Below, piece after piece: positions 40,534 through 49,098 of a DNA stretch of 64,000 nucleotides; position 1 is the first letter of the stretch; every line of letters starts with the position of its first letter. A program made the position numbers and the translations under genes. Source of the DNA: Thermodesulfobacteriota bacterium (GTDB taxonomy: Bacteria > Desulfobacterota > Desulfobulbia > Desulfobulbales > SURF-16); NCBI GenBank assembly GCA_039714595.1, contig JBDLJA010000009.1, positions 189-64,188 on the forward strand. Reading direction: 5' to 3'. The notes below the pieces were generated by a model. It made no database searches. It saw only the letters and a program-made list of their open reading frames with translations, and had not been told where the DNA came from.

Positions 40534-40569
40534 AAAAAGGCATTACCACGAATATGGTAATGCCTTTTT
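40534..40569 (-). terminator. Rho-independent (bidirectional) terminator after the cold-shock gene
   Basis: Perfect 15-bp stem AAAAAGGCATTACCA/TGGTAATGCCTTTTT. Confidence 0.8.
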
Positions 40570-40628
40570 GCTGATTTTCATGGTGGCCAAGGGGGTGAAG
40601 CGGATATATGGCCCCCTTGGGCCAAAAC

Positions 40629-40844
40629 TTATGAAGATGCCAGGGCGACATCCTCTGCCTGCAGCCCCTTGGGACTCTCAACAATATCAAATTCCACGGC
40701 CTGGCCCTCGTAAAGGGTACGATGTCCCTCTCCACGGATGGAGCGATAGTGGACAAATACATCGTCGCCGCTTTCAGGGATGATGAAACCAAAACCTTTT
40801 CTGTCGTTAAACCATTTAACTGTTCCTGTCTGCCTTTCTTCCAT
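40629..40844 (-). CDS. Cold-shock protein (CspA family)
   Basis: [15 protein letters not shown] (RNP1), DVFVHY (RNP2); AAGGAGG SD upstream of ATG at 40844. Confidence 0.97.
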   Translation of the reverse strand: MEERQTGTVKWFNDRKGFGFIIPESGDDVFVHYRSIRGEGHRTLYEGQAVEFDIVESPKGLQAEDVALASS

Positions 40845-40894
40845 AATTCCCTCCTTAAGTTTAATAAAATTTTGAGGCAGGTAACTTGACACTC

Positions 40895-42409
40895 TTAACT
40901 GTGGTTTCTCTTTCTCGCAGGCCGCCGCCCTCCCCGGGCCGGCCGTCTGCTTTTGGAACTTCGCTTGTCGCTCTGTTTGACTACCTTCACCTTGGGTGGG
41001 GCGGCCAGTAACTCTTCATCTGGGTAGGTGCAGTCCAGTTTTTCACCTAAAAACTCTTCTATGTCGGGAAGATAGAAGGAATCCTCCTCGCAGGCAAAAC
41101 TCACCGAGGTGCCAGAGGAACCGGCCCGGCCGGTGCGGCCGATACGGTGGACATAATCTTCCGGGTCAAAGGGCAGGTTGAAGTTGACCACATGGCTGAT
41201 GCCGTCAATATGGATACCGCGGCCAGCCACATCGGTGGCCACCAGGACCTGGATCTTGCCGCTCTTGAAGTTCTCCAGGGTGGTGATCCGTTTGCGTTGC
41301 TCAACATCTCCGGAGAGCAGGGCGCATTTGATCTTATGGGCCTTGAGCATATCGGTGAGGCGGCGGGTATCCACCTTGCGGTTGCAGAAGACGATGACCT
41401 TCTCCAGGTTCTGGGTGGTGATCAGGTTGTAGAGCAGGACATACTTTTCCTCACTGGTCACCATGTAAACCTTCTGATCCACCGTCTCGGTGGCCACCTG
41501 ATCCGGCTCAATCTCCACCTCTGCCGGCTTCTTGGTCCACTGGCTGGCCAGGTGGGTAACCTCGGGGGTCAGGGTGGCGCTGAAAAAGAGGGTCTGGCGC
41601 TTATCCTTGTTGGGCAGGGAGTAGACAATCTGCCGGACATCGGGGATGAATCCCATGTCAAGCATGCGGTCCGCCTCATCAATAACAAAGATCTCCACCT
41701 CTTTTAGGCTCACCACCTGTTTCCGCATGAAGTCCAGGAGGCGGCCGGGGGTGGCCACGACAATATCCACCTCATGCTGCAGCTGATCCTGTTGCAGCTG
41801 ATAATCCATGCCGCCATAGACACCGACGATGTTAATGGCGGTGTAGGCCGCAAGCTCTCTGGCGTCAGAGCAGATCTGCATGACCAGTTCCCGGGTGGGG
41901 GCGATTATCAGGCTGCGGGGGGCGGAGGACTTGGCCTCCGGTCGCGGGTTGTTCAGGAGATTGTTCAGGATGGTGATCAGAAAGGCGGCGGACTTGCCGG
42001 TTCCGGTCTGGGCCCGACCCGTGGCATCTGTGCCGGCCAGGGTGTGCTCAAGGATGCCGGCCTGGATGGGGGTGCAGTAACGGAATCCCAGGTCAGCGAT
42101 GGCGTGCATTACCCGGTCAGGGAGGTTGAAATCATGGAAGCGGGATTGCTCCTTGCTTGCCTCCACCTCAAACTGGTCAATCTGCCAGTCGCCATGTTGG
42201 CGAACAGGCTTGTCAGGGGTGGGGGCTGGGACCGGTCTGGACTTCTGACGGGGAGGTCTCTTCTTCTTCTCGACCTTGCGGGCAGGACGAGCAGGGCGGG
42301 AGGAAGAGACTTCCTTCATGACCACATCAAGACCGAATACGGGGCCAATCTTTATGTGGGATTTATTCTGGGAGGAAACAGGGGTAGCCTGTACAGCGTT
42401 ATCTTTCAT
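40895..42409 (-). CDS. DEAD-box ATP-dependent RNA helicase (RhlB/RhlE-like)
   Basis: Q motif [37 protein letters not shown] and HRIGRTGR. Exact start uncertain. Confidence 0.95.
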   Translation of the reverse strand: MKDNAVQATPVSSQNKSHIKIGPVFGLDVVMKEVSSSRPARPARKVEKKKRPPRQKSRPVPAPTPDKPVRQHGDWQIDQFEVEASKEQSRFHDFNLPDRVMHAIADLGFRYCTPIQAGILEHTLAGTDATGRAQTGTGKSAAFLITILNNLLNNPRPEAKSSAPRSLIIAPTRELVMQICSDARELAAYTAINIVGVYGGMDYQLQQDQLQHEVDIVVATPGRLLDFMRKQVVSLKEVEIFVIDEADRMLDMGFIPDVRQIVYSLPNKDKRQTLFFSATLTPEVTHLASQWTKKPAEVEIEPDQVATETVDQKVYMVTSEEKYVLLYNLITTQNLEKVIVFCNRKVDTRRLTDMLKAHKIKCALLSGDVEQRKRITTLENFKSGKIQVLVATDVAGRGIHIDGISHVVNFNLPFDPEDYVHRIGRTGRAGSSGTSVSFACEEDSFYLPDIEEFLGEKLDCTYPDEELLAAPPKVKVVKQSDKRSSKSRRPARGGRRPARKRNHS

Positions 42410-42549
42410 ACCACTAAAACTTTACGGGAAAATATTAACGAACTCTTGAGGAAGAAAAAACTGCTGGTCAAGGATGGGGAATCAACGTGGGAGGAAACCA
42501 AACCAAACTTAGACGGGAAAGTTTTTTGCTGCCACATCTTAACTAAGGG

Positions 42550-42628
42550 GTACCTTGTAACTCGGCTATCTAAACGAGAGACCCGTGGCTTTCCGTCCCT
42601 GCCTCGCAGCAGGTTTGGTTTTAAGTAC
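42550..42628 (-). ncRNA. GEMM-I (c-di-GMP-I class) riboswitch aptamer; A20 variant predicted to bind 3',3'-cGAMP
   Basis: RNA reads GUACUUAAAACCAAACCUGCU-GCGA-GGCAGGGACGGAAAGCCACGGGUCUCUCGUUUAGAUAGCCGAGUUACAAGGUAC. It has P1 GUACUU/AGGUAC, P2 with a GNRA loop, the GGACGGAAAGCC junction, and P3 closed by AGCCG. Confidence 0.9.
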
Positions 42629-42633
42629 GAGAT

Positions 42634-42662
42634 ACCTTACTGATTTGCGCAGGCGATGTCAA
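42634..42662 (-). promoter_or_regulatory. Sigma70 promoter driving the riboswitch leader
   Basis: TTGACA (42662-42657), 17-nt spacer, TAAGGT (42639-42634); the predicted start falls at the first nucleotides of P1. Confidence 0.75.
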
Positions 42663-42790
42663 AAAAAAGTTAATTCGGGGGGTAACAATTTGAAATTACA
42701 GGATAAACAGGTGCTTTGGTCTGTCAGGTGGGCAGGGGTGTTGTCAGGTTGCCACCGGACAACTGTGCTGGGGCAGAGGGCCGCCCTGGT

Positions 42791-42982
42791 CTAGCCGTTT
42801 TTTAAGGTGTCCAGCAGGAGCTGCAAGGTGGCCTCGTCCAGTTCAAATACCTGTTTCTTTATATAGTCAGGGCCGCTGCGGGAGAGGTGGAGACGGCGTT
42901 TGCCATCATCAGAGGTGACAACGGCAACGTCAAAGAGGGAGGTGTTAATGGGCTCAATGGTGGCTGTTTCCTGTTTGCTCAT
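42791..42982 (-). CDS. Small hypothetical protein (63 aa)
   Basis: ATG start, coding-like codon usage, fills the gap between rluA and the riboswitch promoter. Confidence 0.6.
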   Translation of the reverse strand: MSKQETATIEPINTSLFDVAVVTSDDGKRRLHLSRSGPDYIKKQVFELDEATLQLLLDTLKNG

Positions 42983-43166
42983 GGCGGCAATGTTACCTGG
43001 GGGGAGAGGTCATGGTTGGCTGACTAAGAAGAAAATATATTACTTAACTGGAAGTAAATTAACAACATTTCAATTGGTTGGGCAGGGCAAATGTTGCTTT
43101 GGGGGGATGTTTTTTTGACCAGCAGGGGCGCTGGGCTGTTTCCGTTTCCCGCCCATGATTCCTTCT

Positions 43167-43811
43167 TTAGAAGGGGGGAGGGGAGTGGAGCTTAAGTCGC
43201 CTGCCGCTTAGGGGGTGGTGGAAGCTTAGCTCTGTGCTGTGGAGCATCAGCCTCTCTCCCTCCTTGCCCTTGCCATATAAAGGGTCGCCGATTATGGGGC
43301 AGGCCAGCCCCAGCTGATGAGCGGCGTGGAGCCTGAGCTGATGGGTCCGGCCGGTAAAGGGGGTAAACTCGATCCGGCTGCCGCTATCTCCCCCAGCCAC
43401 CAGCCGCCAATGGCTGATGGCCATTTTGCCATGCCTGGGGTCAAAAATCTGGTGGGGGCGGTTGGCGGGGTCCAGGCGAAAGGCGAGGCAGATGGTGCCC
43501 GCCCTGGCCTCTGGGATGCCGTCCACCAGGGCGATATACTTTTTTTCTACCTGGCGGCTGGCAAATTGCCCGCTCAACTCCCGGTGGCTCTCTTTATTCA
43601 GGCCCAGCACCATGAGGCCGGAGGTCGCCATATCCAGCCGGTGGACGGCCGGTTGTTCGATAAGCCCTGGTATCATCTCTTTGAGACGGTTAACCACGCA
43701 CTCCTGTTTGTCCGGGCCGCGGCCCGGCACCGAGAGCAGGCCGCCGGGTTTGTTGATCACCGCCACATCCGTGTCCTGGTAGATAATTTCTAAAGGTGGT
43801 GGGGGGCTCAT
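43167..43811 (-). CDS. RluA family pseudouridine synthase
   Basis: INKPGGLLSVPG, catalytic VHRLDMATSG, GRTHQLR, IIGDPLY and MLHS. Confidence 0.93.
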   Translation of the reverse strand: MSPPPPLEIIYQDTDVAVINKPGGLLSVPGRGPDKQECVVNRLKEMIPGLIEQPAVHRLDMATSGLMVLGLNKESHRELSGQFASRQVEKKYIALVDGIPEARAGTICLAFRLDPANRPHQIFDPRHGKMAISHWRLVAGGDSGSRIEFTPFTGRTHQLRLHAAHQLGLACPIIGDPLYGKGKEGERLMLHSTELSFHHPLSGRRLKLHSPPPF

Positions 43812-44557
43812 AACCCCTCCAGGCCGCAGAGCATGTAGCCCAGGATGGGCCGGCATTTGGCCGCGCAGCTCTGGTAGTAGAGACCGTGCCTGCGGCTCTC
43901 TGAGCGGTTTGTCTGGCCCAGGTAAAACTCACTGATGCCTAAAGGGCGCAGGCCGTGGCGGGCCGCGTGGTTGAGCAGCTTGGGGCCGCAGCAGTCACCG
44001 GTGCCGGTGGGGATGCCCCCGTTTCCCAGGAAGATCTGGGGCAGGGCGCGCTTTTGCTGGCGGAAGTTGTGGACCTGGTAGAGCTGCTGGATGTCGAGCA
44101 TCAGCTGGCGCGAGAGGGCCTGGCGCTTGCGGCGCGCCTTGGCGTGGGCAGGCTCACCGGCGGGAAGGCTGGTAAGTTCCACTGTTAAGGCCTTGATCCG
44201 CGCCTCCACTGGCAAGGTCAACTCCTGGAAATCTTCTACGGCAAAGAGGGGCTCCGCCCAGCCCGCCACCTGCCAGCGGCCGTTGTACTGGCCGGAGAAG
44301 GCCCGGGCCGTCCCCCTTCTGCCGGCGCGATCTTCATAGACCATGACGCCAAACATCTGGCCCCGGGCCGGGCCGCGCAGGTAGGCCAGGGAGAGATCTG
44401 TCTTACGGCTGGCCGGGGGATTGTCCAGGTCAATGGAGTCCGCCATGATGAGCCGCTCTTTCAGCTCCTCCGCTGCTGGCAGGGAGGGACCGCGGTTCAA
44501 ACTGTGGGGTAGGTCACAACGGGGGCAGTGCCCCCAGCATTGGGCCATGTCTGGCAT
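43808..44557 (-). CDS. Cys-rich hypothetical protein (possible zinc/deaminase-like fold) coupled to RluA
   Basis: CWGHCPRCDLPH, GQMFGV, AFSGQ, GTGDCCGPKLL and SCAAKC; ATGA overlap with the RluA start. Confidence 0.75.
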   Translation of the reverse strand: MPDMAQCWGHCPRCDLPHSLNRGPSLPAAEELKERLIMADSIDLDNPPASRKTDLSLAYLRGPARGQMFGVMVYEDRAGRRGTARAFSGQYNGRWQVAGWAEPLFAVEDFQELTLPVEARIKALTVELTSLPAGEPAHAKARRKRQALSRQLMLDIQQLYQVHNFRQQKRALPQIFLGNGGIPTGTGDCCGPKLLNHAARHGLRPLGISEFYLGQTNRSESRRHGLYYQSCAAKCRPILGYMLCGLEGL

Positions 44558-44565
44558 GGGAGCCC

Positions 44566-45027
44566 TTAGCTTGCGCTGCTGATATTGGGCATCAGGGCCC
44601 AGTTGATCTGCCAGAGCCCTTCGTCTCCCTGCTCAAGGCAGACAATGCCGCCGTTCTGGAACTTGAAGGGGGCAAGCTGGGGGGAACCGGCGGTGAGCAG
44701 GCCGGTTAACCGGGCCATGAAGGGCAGGTGGCCAACATAGAGGGTATTGCTCTTCAGCTGCTGGGCAAATCCTTCCACATCGTCCAAAGGGGCAAGGCCG
44801 CTGATCTCCCGGCAGCCATTGCCGGGCTCCAGGGCCTCTGCAAAGATTTCAGCCGTCTGCCGGGCCCTTTTCTTCTGGCTGTGACAGATCAGCGTGGGCC
44901 TTATCTTGTAGCCCCTGGCCACTGCGGCGATGCGTTCCACCTCCGCCTCTCCCCGTGCAGATAGTCCCTGCTCTGGATCGATCTCCCTGGCCTGGGCCAG
45001 GCCGTGTTGGGCTAAAAAAATTGCCAT
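44566..45027 (-). CDS. sixA: Phosphohistidine phosphatase SixA
   Basis: IFLAQHG, LSARG, HSQKKRARQTA and YVGHLP histidine-phosphatase motifs. Confidence 0.85.
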   Translation of the reverse strand: MAIFLAQHGLAQAREIDPEQGLSARGEAEVERIAAVARGYKIRPTLICHSQKKRARQTAEIFAEALEPGNGCREISGLAPLDDVEGFAQQLKSNTLYVGHLPFMARLTGLLTAGSPQLAPFKFQNGGIVCLEQGDEGLWQINWALMPNISSAS

Positions 45028-45181
45028 CTCTTCTCCCCTCCTCTTTTTGCCTTGCCTTTAATCTTTCATCTGTTGCCCCCGCCTGGGGCAGGGGGCGCAG
45101 TTGCTATTTAGCAGACCGGTGCTGGCTTGCCAAGGGGCTTTCGTTCTAGCTTGCCAGGGGAGGGCTTTGTCTCTGAAAAGC

Positions 45182-45796
45182 TTAGTATAGGCCCGCTCTC
45201 GCCAGGATGGGCTGGAGCGGGAAAAGGGTTGTCACTGGTTGCAACCACCCTGGGCCCCAGGCCCTGCTGGGATCTTTCTGGCCCTGAAACCAGAGCCGGC
45301 AGGAGCGTATTTCTGGGGCCGCCAGCAGCCCTTCCTGCCATACCATGGTTGCCGCCTCAGGGCTGGTCATGGCCTGGTTGAAAAAGGAGAAGATATCCTG
45401 GACTTTTGTCAGGATTGCTTTGATTGCCGAGATGAGCAGCTCTTGGCCCCGGGCCAGCTGGGGGGGGACCTGCAACCGTTTGGCCGCGTACCTTAGGTTC
45501 AACAGTTTTTTTATCCTCTGCTCAAGGTCGATGATGGCCCATTGGACCTGGGCCGGGTTCACCCCTGCCTTTGAAGAAGAGATAAGTATTGTCGCCGAGA
45601 AGCGGTGCAGGTGGCGGCGCAGATCCCGGCCTGTGCTCCGGAGATCTTCCTGCCAGCGGCGCATGGTCGGTAAAGGGGCAATGCTCTGGCTGTCCGGGCT
45701 GATATCCTGGGCCAGGGCGCTCTTTATCTCAGTTTCTAGTCGTTGGAAATGGCGCAGTACCAGTTGGTAATGGGCTGGGGGCTCGGCTGATGGCAT
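45182..45796 (-). CDS. Hypothetical helical protein
   Basis: AAGGAG SD before ATG at 45796; 204-aa ORF with amphipathic helices. Confidence 0.6.
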   Translation of the reverse strand: MPSAEPPAHYQLVLRHFQRLETEIKSALAQDISPDSQSIAPLPTMRRWQEDLRSTGRDLRRHLHRFSATILISSSKAGVNPAQVQWAIIDLEQRIKKLLNLRYAAKRLQVPPQLARGQELLISAIKAILTKVQDIFSFFNQAMTSPEAATMVWQEGLLAAPEIRSCRLWFQGQKDPSRAWGPGWLQPVTTLFPLQPILARAGLY

Positions 45797-45940
45797 GACT
45801 TGCTCCTTATGGCAGGGGGGATCTTGGTGTTGTCCTGCGGTCAGGATAGAGTCAATGGTGGGACAGATAGTGTCCCAGGTGAATTTTTTTCTTTCTTTTA
45901 GCAAAAATCACCTGGGAAGGAGCCAGGGGGTAAGGGGAGG

Positions 45941-47035
45941 TCAGATCAGGAGATTGAAGAGATAACCCACCAGCAGGATGCCGCTGCCCACCACCCCGAC
46001 AAAGATGGCAATCAGTTGCGGTTTTAGCACCTTGCGCAGGATCATCATCTCCGGCAGGGAGAGGGCGATAACCGACATCATAAAGGCCAGGGCCGTACCC
46101 AGGGCGGCGCCCTTGCCCATGAGGGCATGGACCACCGGCACAATGCCGGCCGCGTTGGCATACATGGGGATGCCCATGATTACCGCGGCCGGAACCGACC
46201 ACCAGGCCCCCTTGCCCATGACAGCGGCCATGGTGCCCTGGGGGACATAACCGTGGATCAGGGCGCCCACACCAATTCCCGCCACCATGTAGAGCCAGAC
46301 CTTGCCGACGATCTCCCTCACTGCTGCCAGGCCCAGGTCAATACGTTGGTTCCAGTCTGGTTTTATGGTCAGGGGGGTGGCGCTACTGCCACTGGTGGTG
46401 ACCCACTCCTCGACCAGATGCTCTAATTGCAGACGGCCCATGATCCAGCCCGCCACCAGGGCCACAGTGAGGCCGGTGGCCACATAGAGCAGGGCAACCT
46501 TCCAGCCAAACATGCCCCAGAGCAGGATCAGCGCCACCTCATTGATCATGGGGGCGGCGATGAGATAGGAAAAGGTGATGCCCAGGGGGACGCCGGCGTT
46601 CATGAAGCCGATGAACAGGGGCACGGCGGAGCAGGAGCAGAAGGGGGTGACAATGCCGATTACGGCCCCCAGGCCGTGCCCCACCAGGGGGTGGCGCTGG
46701 GCCAGGATCTTGCGGGAGCGCTCAGGGGTAAAGAAGCTGCGCAGGATGCCCACCGCGAAGACCACCAGGGTCAAGAGGAGCAGGATCTTCGGTGTGTCGT
46801 AGAGGAAGAACTGGATGGCCGCACCCTGCCTGCTCCCTTGGCCAATACCCAGGAGATCATAGGTAATGAAGTGGGAGAGGGGTAAGAGTTTACTGTACAC
46901 CGCAAACCAGGCGCCAAGGAAGAGGATGCCCAGGGTCAGTTTTACTGGCAGGGAGAGGGGGGGGAGGGAGCCTTTTTTCTTCTTCTTGTTCTGGCATCCG
47001 CAGCCGGACTGGTTAGCCATCTGTATTGTATCCAT
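45941..47035 (-). CDS. DUF318 / ArsP-like permease
   Basis: YDTPKILLLL, TPFCSCSAVPLF, APMINE, GIPMYANAAG, MSVIALSLPEM; N-terminal CGC. Start chosen at MDTIQ. Confidence 0.88.
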   Translation of the reverse strand: MDTIQMANQSGCGCQNKKKKKGSLPPLSLPVKLTLGILFLGAWFAVYSKLLPLSHFITYDLLGIGQGSRQGAAIQFFLYDTPKILLLLTLVVFAVGILRSFFTPERSRKILAQRHPLVGHGLGAVIGIVTPFCSCSAVPLFIGFMNAGVPLGITFSYLIAAPMINEVALILLWGMFGWKVALLYVATGLTVALVAGWIMGRLQLEHLVEEWVTTSGSSATPLTIKPDWNQRIDLGLAAVREIVGKVWLYMVAGIGVGALIHGYVPQGTMAAVMGKGAWWSVPAAVIMGIPMYANAAGIVPVVHALMGKGAALGTALAFMMSVIALSLPEMMILRKVLKPQLIAIFVGVVGSGILLVGYLFNLLI

Positions 47036-47061
47036 ATTTATAGCACCGGGTGTAGGTTTCG

Positions 47062-47109
47062 TCATATCGCCATGTGACGATATGATAATCCGCAGGTTTC
47101 TATTGTCAA
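47062..47109 (-). promoter_or_regulatory. Sigma70 promoter overlapped by a palindromic operator (ArsR/SmtB-like)
   Basis: TTGACA (47109-47104), 16 nt, TATCAT (47087-47082); perfect TCATATCG-N8-CGATATGA palindrome at 47062-47085. Confidence 0.7.
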
Positions 47110-47641
47110 GGTGGGACGGGGCTGATTTGTCGCTTTCAGCCAGTTTTACCCTGCCATGCGCGGGTGTGAAAGGTGGGCTGGGAAGGGTGCAGGCTTGGCC
47201 CTTGGCCCTGCCACTTGGCCATAAAGCCAACTTCCTGCAACTGCTGCTGTCAGGTTTTGGCCACGGTTCCGGCTCCCTCTGGCAGGGCGGTTGGGCGGCT
47301 GTGCAATCGCTTTGTGAGGCGGTGATGGGAGGCTTAATTTGCGCCGTTTTGGCGAGGCAGCGTAGTTATCTATCTGATATCTCTTGTTTGTTTGGTGATT
47401 GCCCCTGGCGATTTCGGCGGCGATTTTCGGGCTGAGCTGCGAGTGTGGTCTGGGCGAAGGACGTATGTTGCCCCTTGGGGAAATTGGCTAAGGGCTTGGG
47501 TTGCGCCCATTGCCGTCGAACTATTTAAGCAGTTGCGGGATAGGGTTTTATGGAAATAAAGATTTGTAACAATGATTAACAACGATTTTTTAGAGGTTTA
47601 CTCCGGGAGGCCACTGCTGGTGGGGCCTTGGCATGGTTTGT

Positions 47642-47657
47642 TGGCATGCCAGTTGCT
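47642..47657 (+). promoter_or_regulatory. Sigma54 (-24/-12) promoter
   Basis: TGGCATG-CCAG-TTGCT fits TGGCACG-N4-TTGC; near-palindrome TTGTAACAATGATTAACAA about 60-80 bp upstream. Confidence 0.65.
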
Positions 47658-47767
47658 TTAGATAGGGGGAAATGAGAAAGCGCCAGGTGCCGGAGTTGGC
47701 ATCATAGGCTGCCTCGTTAAGTGATGCCACCCTGGCGGGGGTGGAGGCCATATATAGGAGTCTGATT

Positions 47768-48001
47768 ATGAGTGCAATTATGTACCTGCTCACGCAGAAA
47801 CAAGGGAATCAGGGAATGGTGGCGCGTTTCTCGGCAAGGCTGGCGGGCCTGAGTGAGGCGTTCTGGTTTTGCGCCTCGTTGCTTCTCTTCCTGCTCTTGG
47901 GGCCTTTTTCCGCGGTGATTGTTGTTATTGCCCTGTTTTCTCTGGCCGGTCAGAGCAGTTGCAAGGAGATGGCGGGGCCCAAACCCCACTCCTCTGAGTA
48001 A
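47768..48001 (+). CDS. Small membrane protein (77 aa)
   Basis: AGGAG SD; two hydrophobic helices (FWFCASLLLFLLLGPFSAVIVVIALFSL). Confidence 0.7.
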   Translation: MSAIMYLLTQKQGNQGMVARFSARLAGLSEAFWFCASLLLFLLLGPFSAVIVVIALFSLAGQSSCKEMAGPKPHSSE

Positions 48002-48152
48002 CCATTTGCCGCTCTGAAAATGTTTATGCGGCTCTTTTGTTTTCAGGTTTCACCAGAAGAAGAAGATGATGATGTTAATGGGGCCAGCACCTTGCTGCTG
48101 GGGTCCCCGGGGTCAGTCAGATGCCCCAGAGCTTTATATAGGAGATGTGATA

Positions 48153-48533
48153 ATGTTAGCAGAAGATAAAACGGTTTTCACCATAGGTACTGCCGCCAAG
48201 ATGCTGGAGGTTCACCCCCGGACCTTACGGATATATGAAGATGAGGGTCTGATCAGTCCCGAGCGTAAGGGGAAGTGGCGTTACTACTCCATGGATGATA
48301 TTCACTGGGTGGAGTGTCTGCGCTCCATGATCCATGAGCATGGGATCTCCATCGCCGCCATAAAAAAGCTGCTTAACTACACCCCCTGTTGGAATATCTC
48401 CGATTGTCCCTTTGCCAAGCGGAAACAGTGCACCGCCTTTATGGCCAACGGCATGGTGCCCAAACGTATCCAGCGTGATCCCCGGCCCGTGCGGAAGATT
48501 GCCCATATGGCCGATCACCATGTGGCGGCCTGA
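48153..48533 (+). CDS. MerR family transcriptional regulator with Cys-rich C-terminus
   Basis: FTIGTAAKMLEVHPRTLRIYEDEGLISP..RYYS HTH; C-terminal PCWNISDC..C. Confidence 0.9.
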   Translation: MLAEDKTVFTIGTAAKMLEVHPRTLRIYEDEGLISPERKGKWRYYSMDDIHWVECLRSMIHEHGISIAAIKKLLNYTPCWNISDCPFAKRKQCTAFMANGMVPKRIQRDPRPVRKIAHMADHHVAA

Positions 48534-48570
48534 GTGAGAGGGTTAGCGCTGGGATATTAAGTGAAAATTA

Positions 48571-49089
48571 TTAAACGAGGATCCCTTTCTGGCGCAAGAT
48601 CTCCAGGAGTAGCTGTTCCAATCGGTACTGCTGCTGGAGTAAGCGGCCGCTGGCCCGCAGGTAGGGGGCCAGTGCTGCCGGGGTATTGGCCTTGATGATC
48701 TGCTGGCAGTTGTAGTTAAGGCAAAAAAATGGCTTAAGGGGGAATATGCACCCCTCTGGCCCCAGGTAGCGACATTCATGATCATCCCGCTGGACCACTA
48801 CCTTCACCCCCAGGAGCATGTTCATCAGGAGCTGCAGCCCGTCGGTTTCCTGGGCCATATAACTGCTGCAGCAGCCGCCGTCCTCCCGCGCCCCACATTG
48901 AGCGCAGAGGGTAAAGAGGTCGGTCATGCTCTGCTGGAGGATATCTCCTTCATCACTTAAGCGCGCCAGCTGGGCCCTTACTTCGCGGTCGCTGGCCAGC
49001 TCCTGGCCCATCTCCTGATAAATGGCCTCGGCCGTAGCCAGTTTCTGGGCCACCGGCGCAGAATATAGGTCGTCTAGGCTTAATTTCAT
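48571..49089 (-). CDS. Cys-rich hypothetical protein (YkgJ-like zinc/iron-chelating motif)
   Basis: CAQC..GGCC..CRYLGPEGC..PFFCLNYNC pattern. Confidence 0.7.
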   Translation of the reverse strand: MKLSLDDLYSAPVAQKLATAEAIYQEMGQELASDREVRAQLARLSDEGDILQQSMTDLFTLCAQCGAREDGGCCSSYMAQETDGLQLLMNMLLGVKVVVQRDDHECRYLGPEGCIFPLKPFFCLNYNCQQIIKANTPAALAPYLRASGRLLQQQYRLEQLLLEILRQKGILV

Positions 49090-49098
49090 AATTTGTTT

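Noticed and set aside
42495-42622. Long rod-like hairpin as a 6S RNA
   Set aside because: One arm is fully explained by a GEMM-I aptamer with its own promoter, so the rod is better read as an anti-aptamer.
48020-48169. 49-codon ORF with EEEDDD between the membrane protein and merR
   Set aside because: It has no SD, overlaps the merR start out of frame, and arises from a GAA/GAT triplet run.
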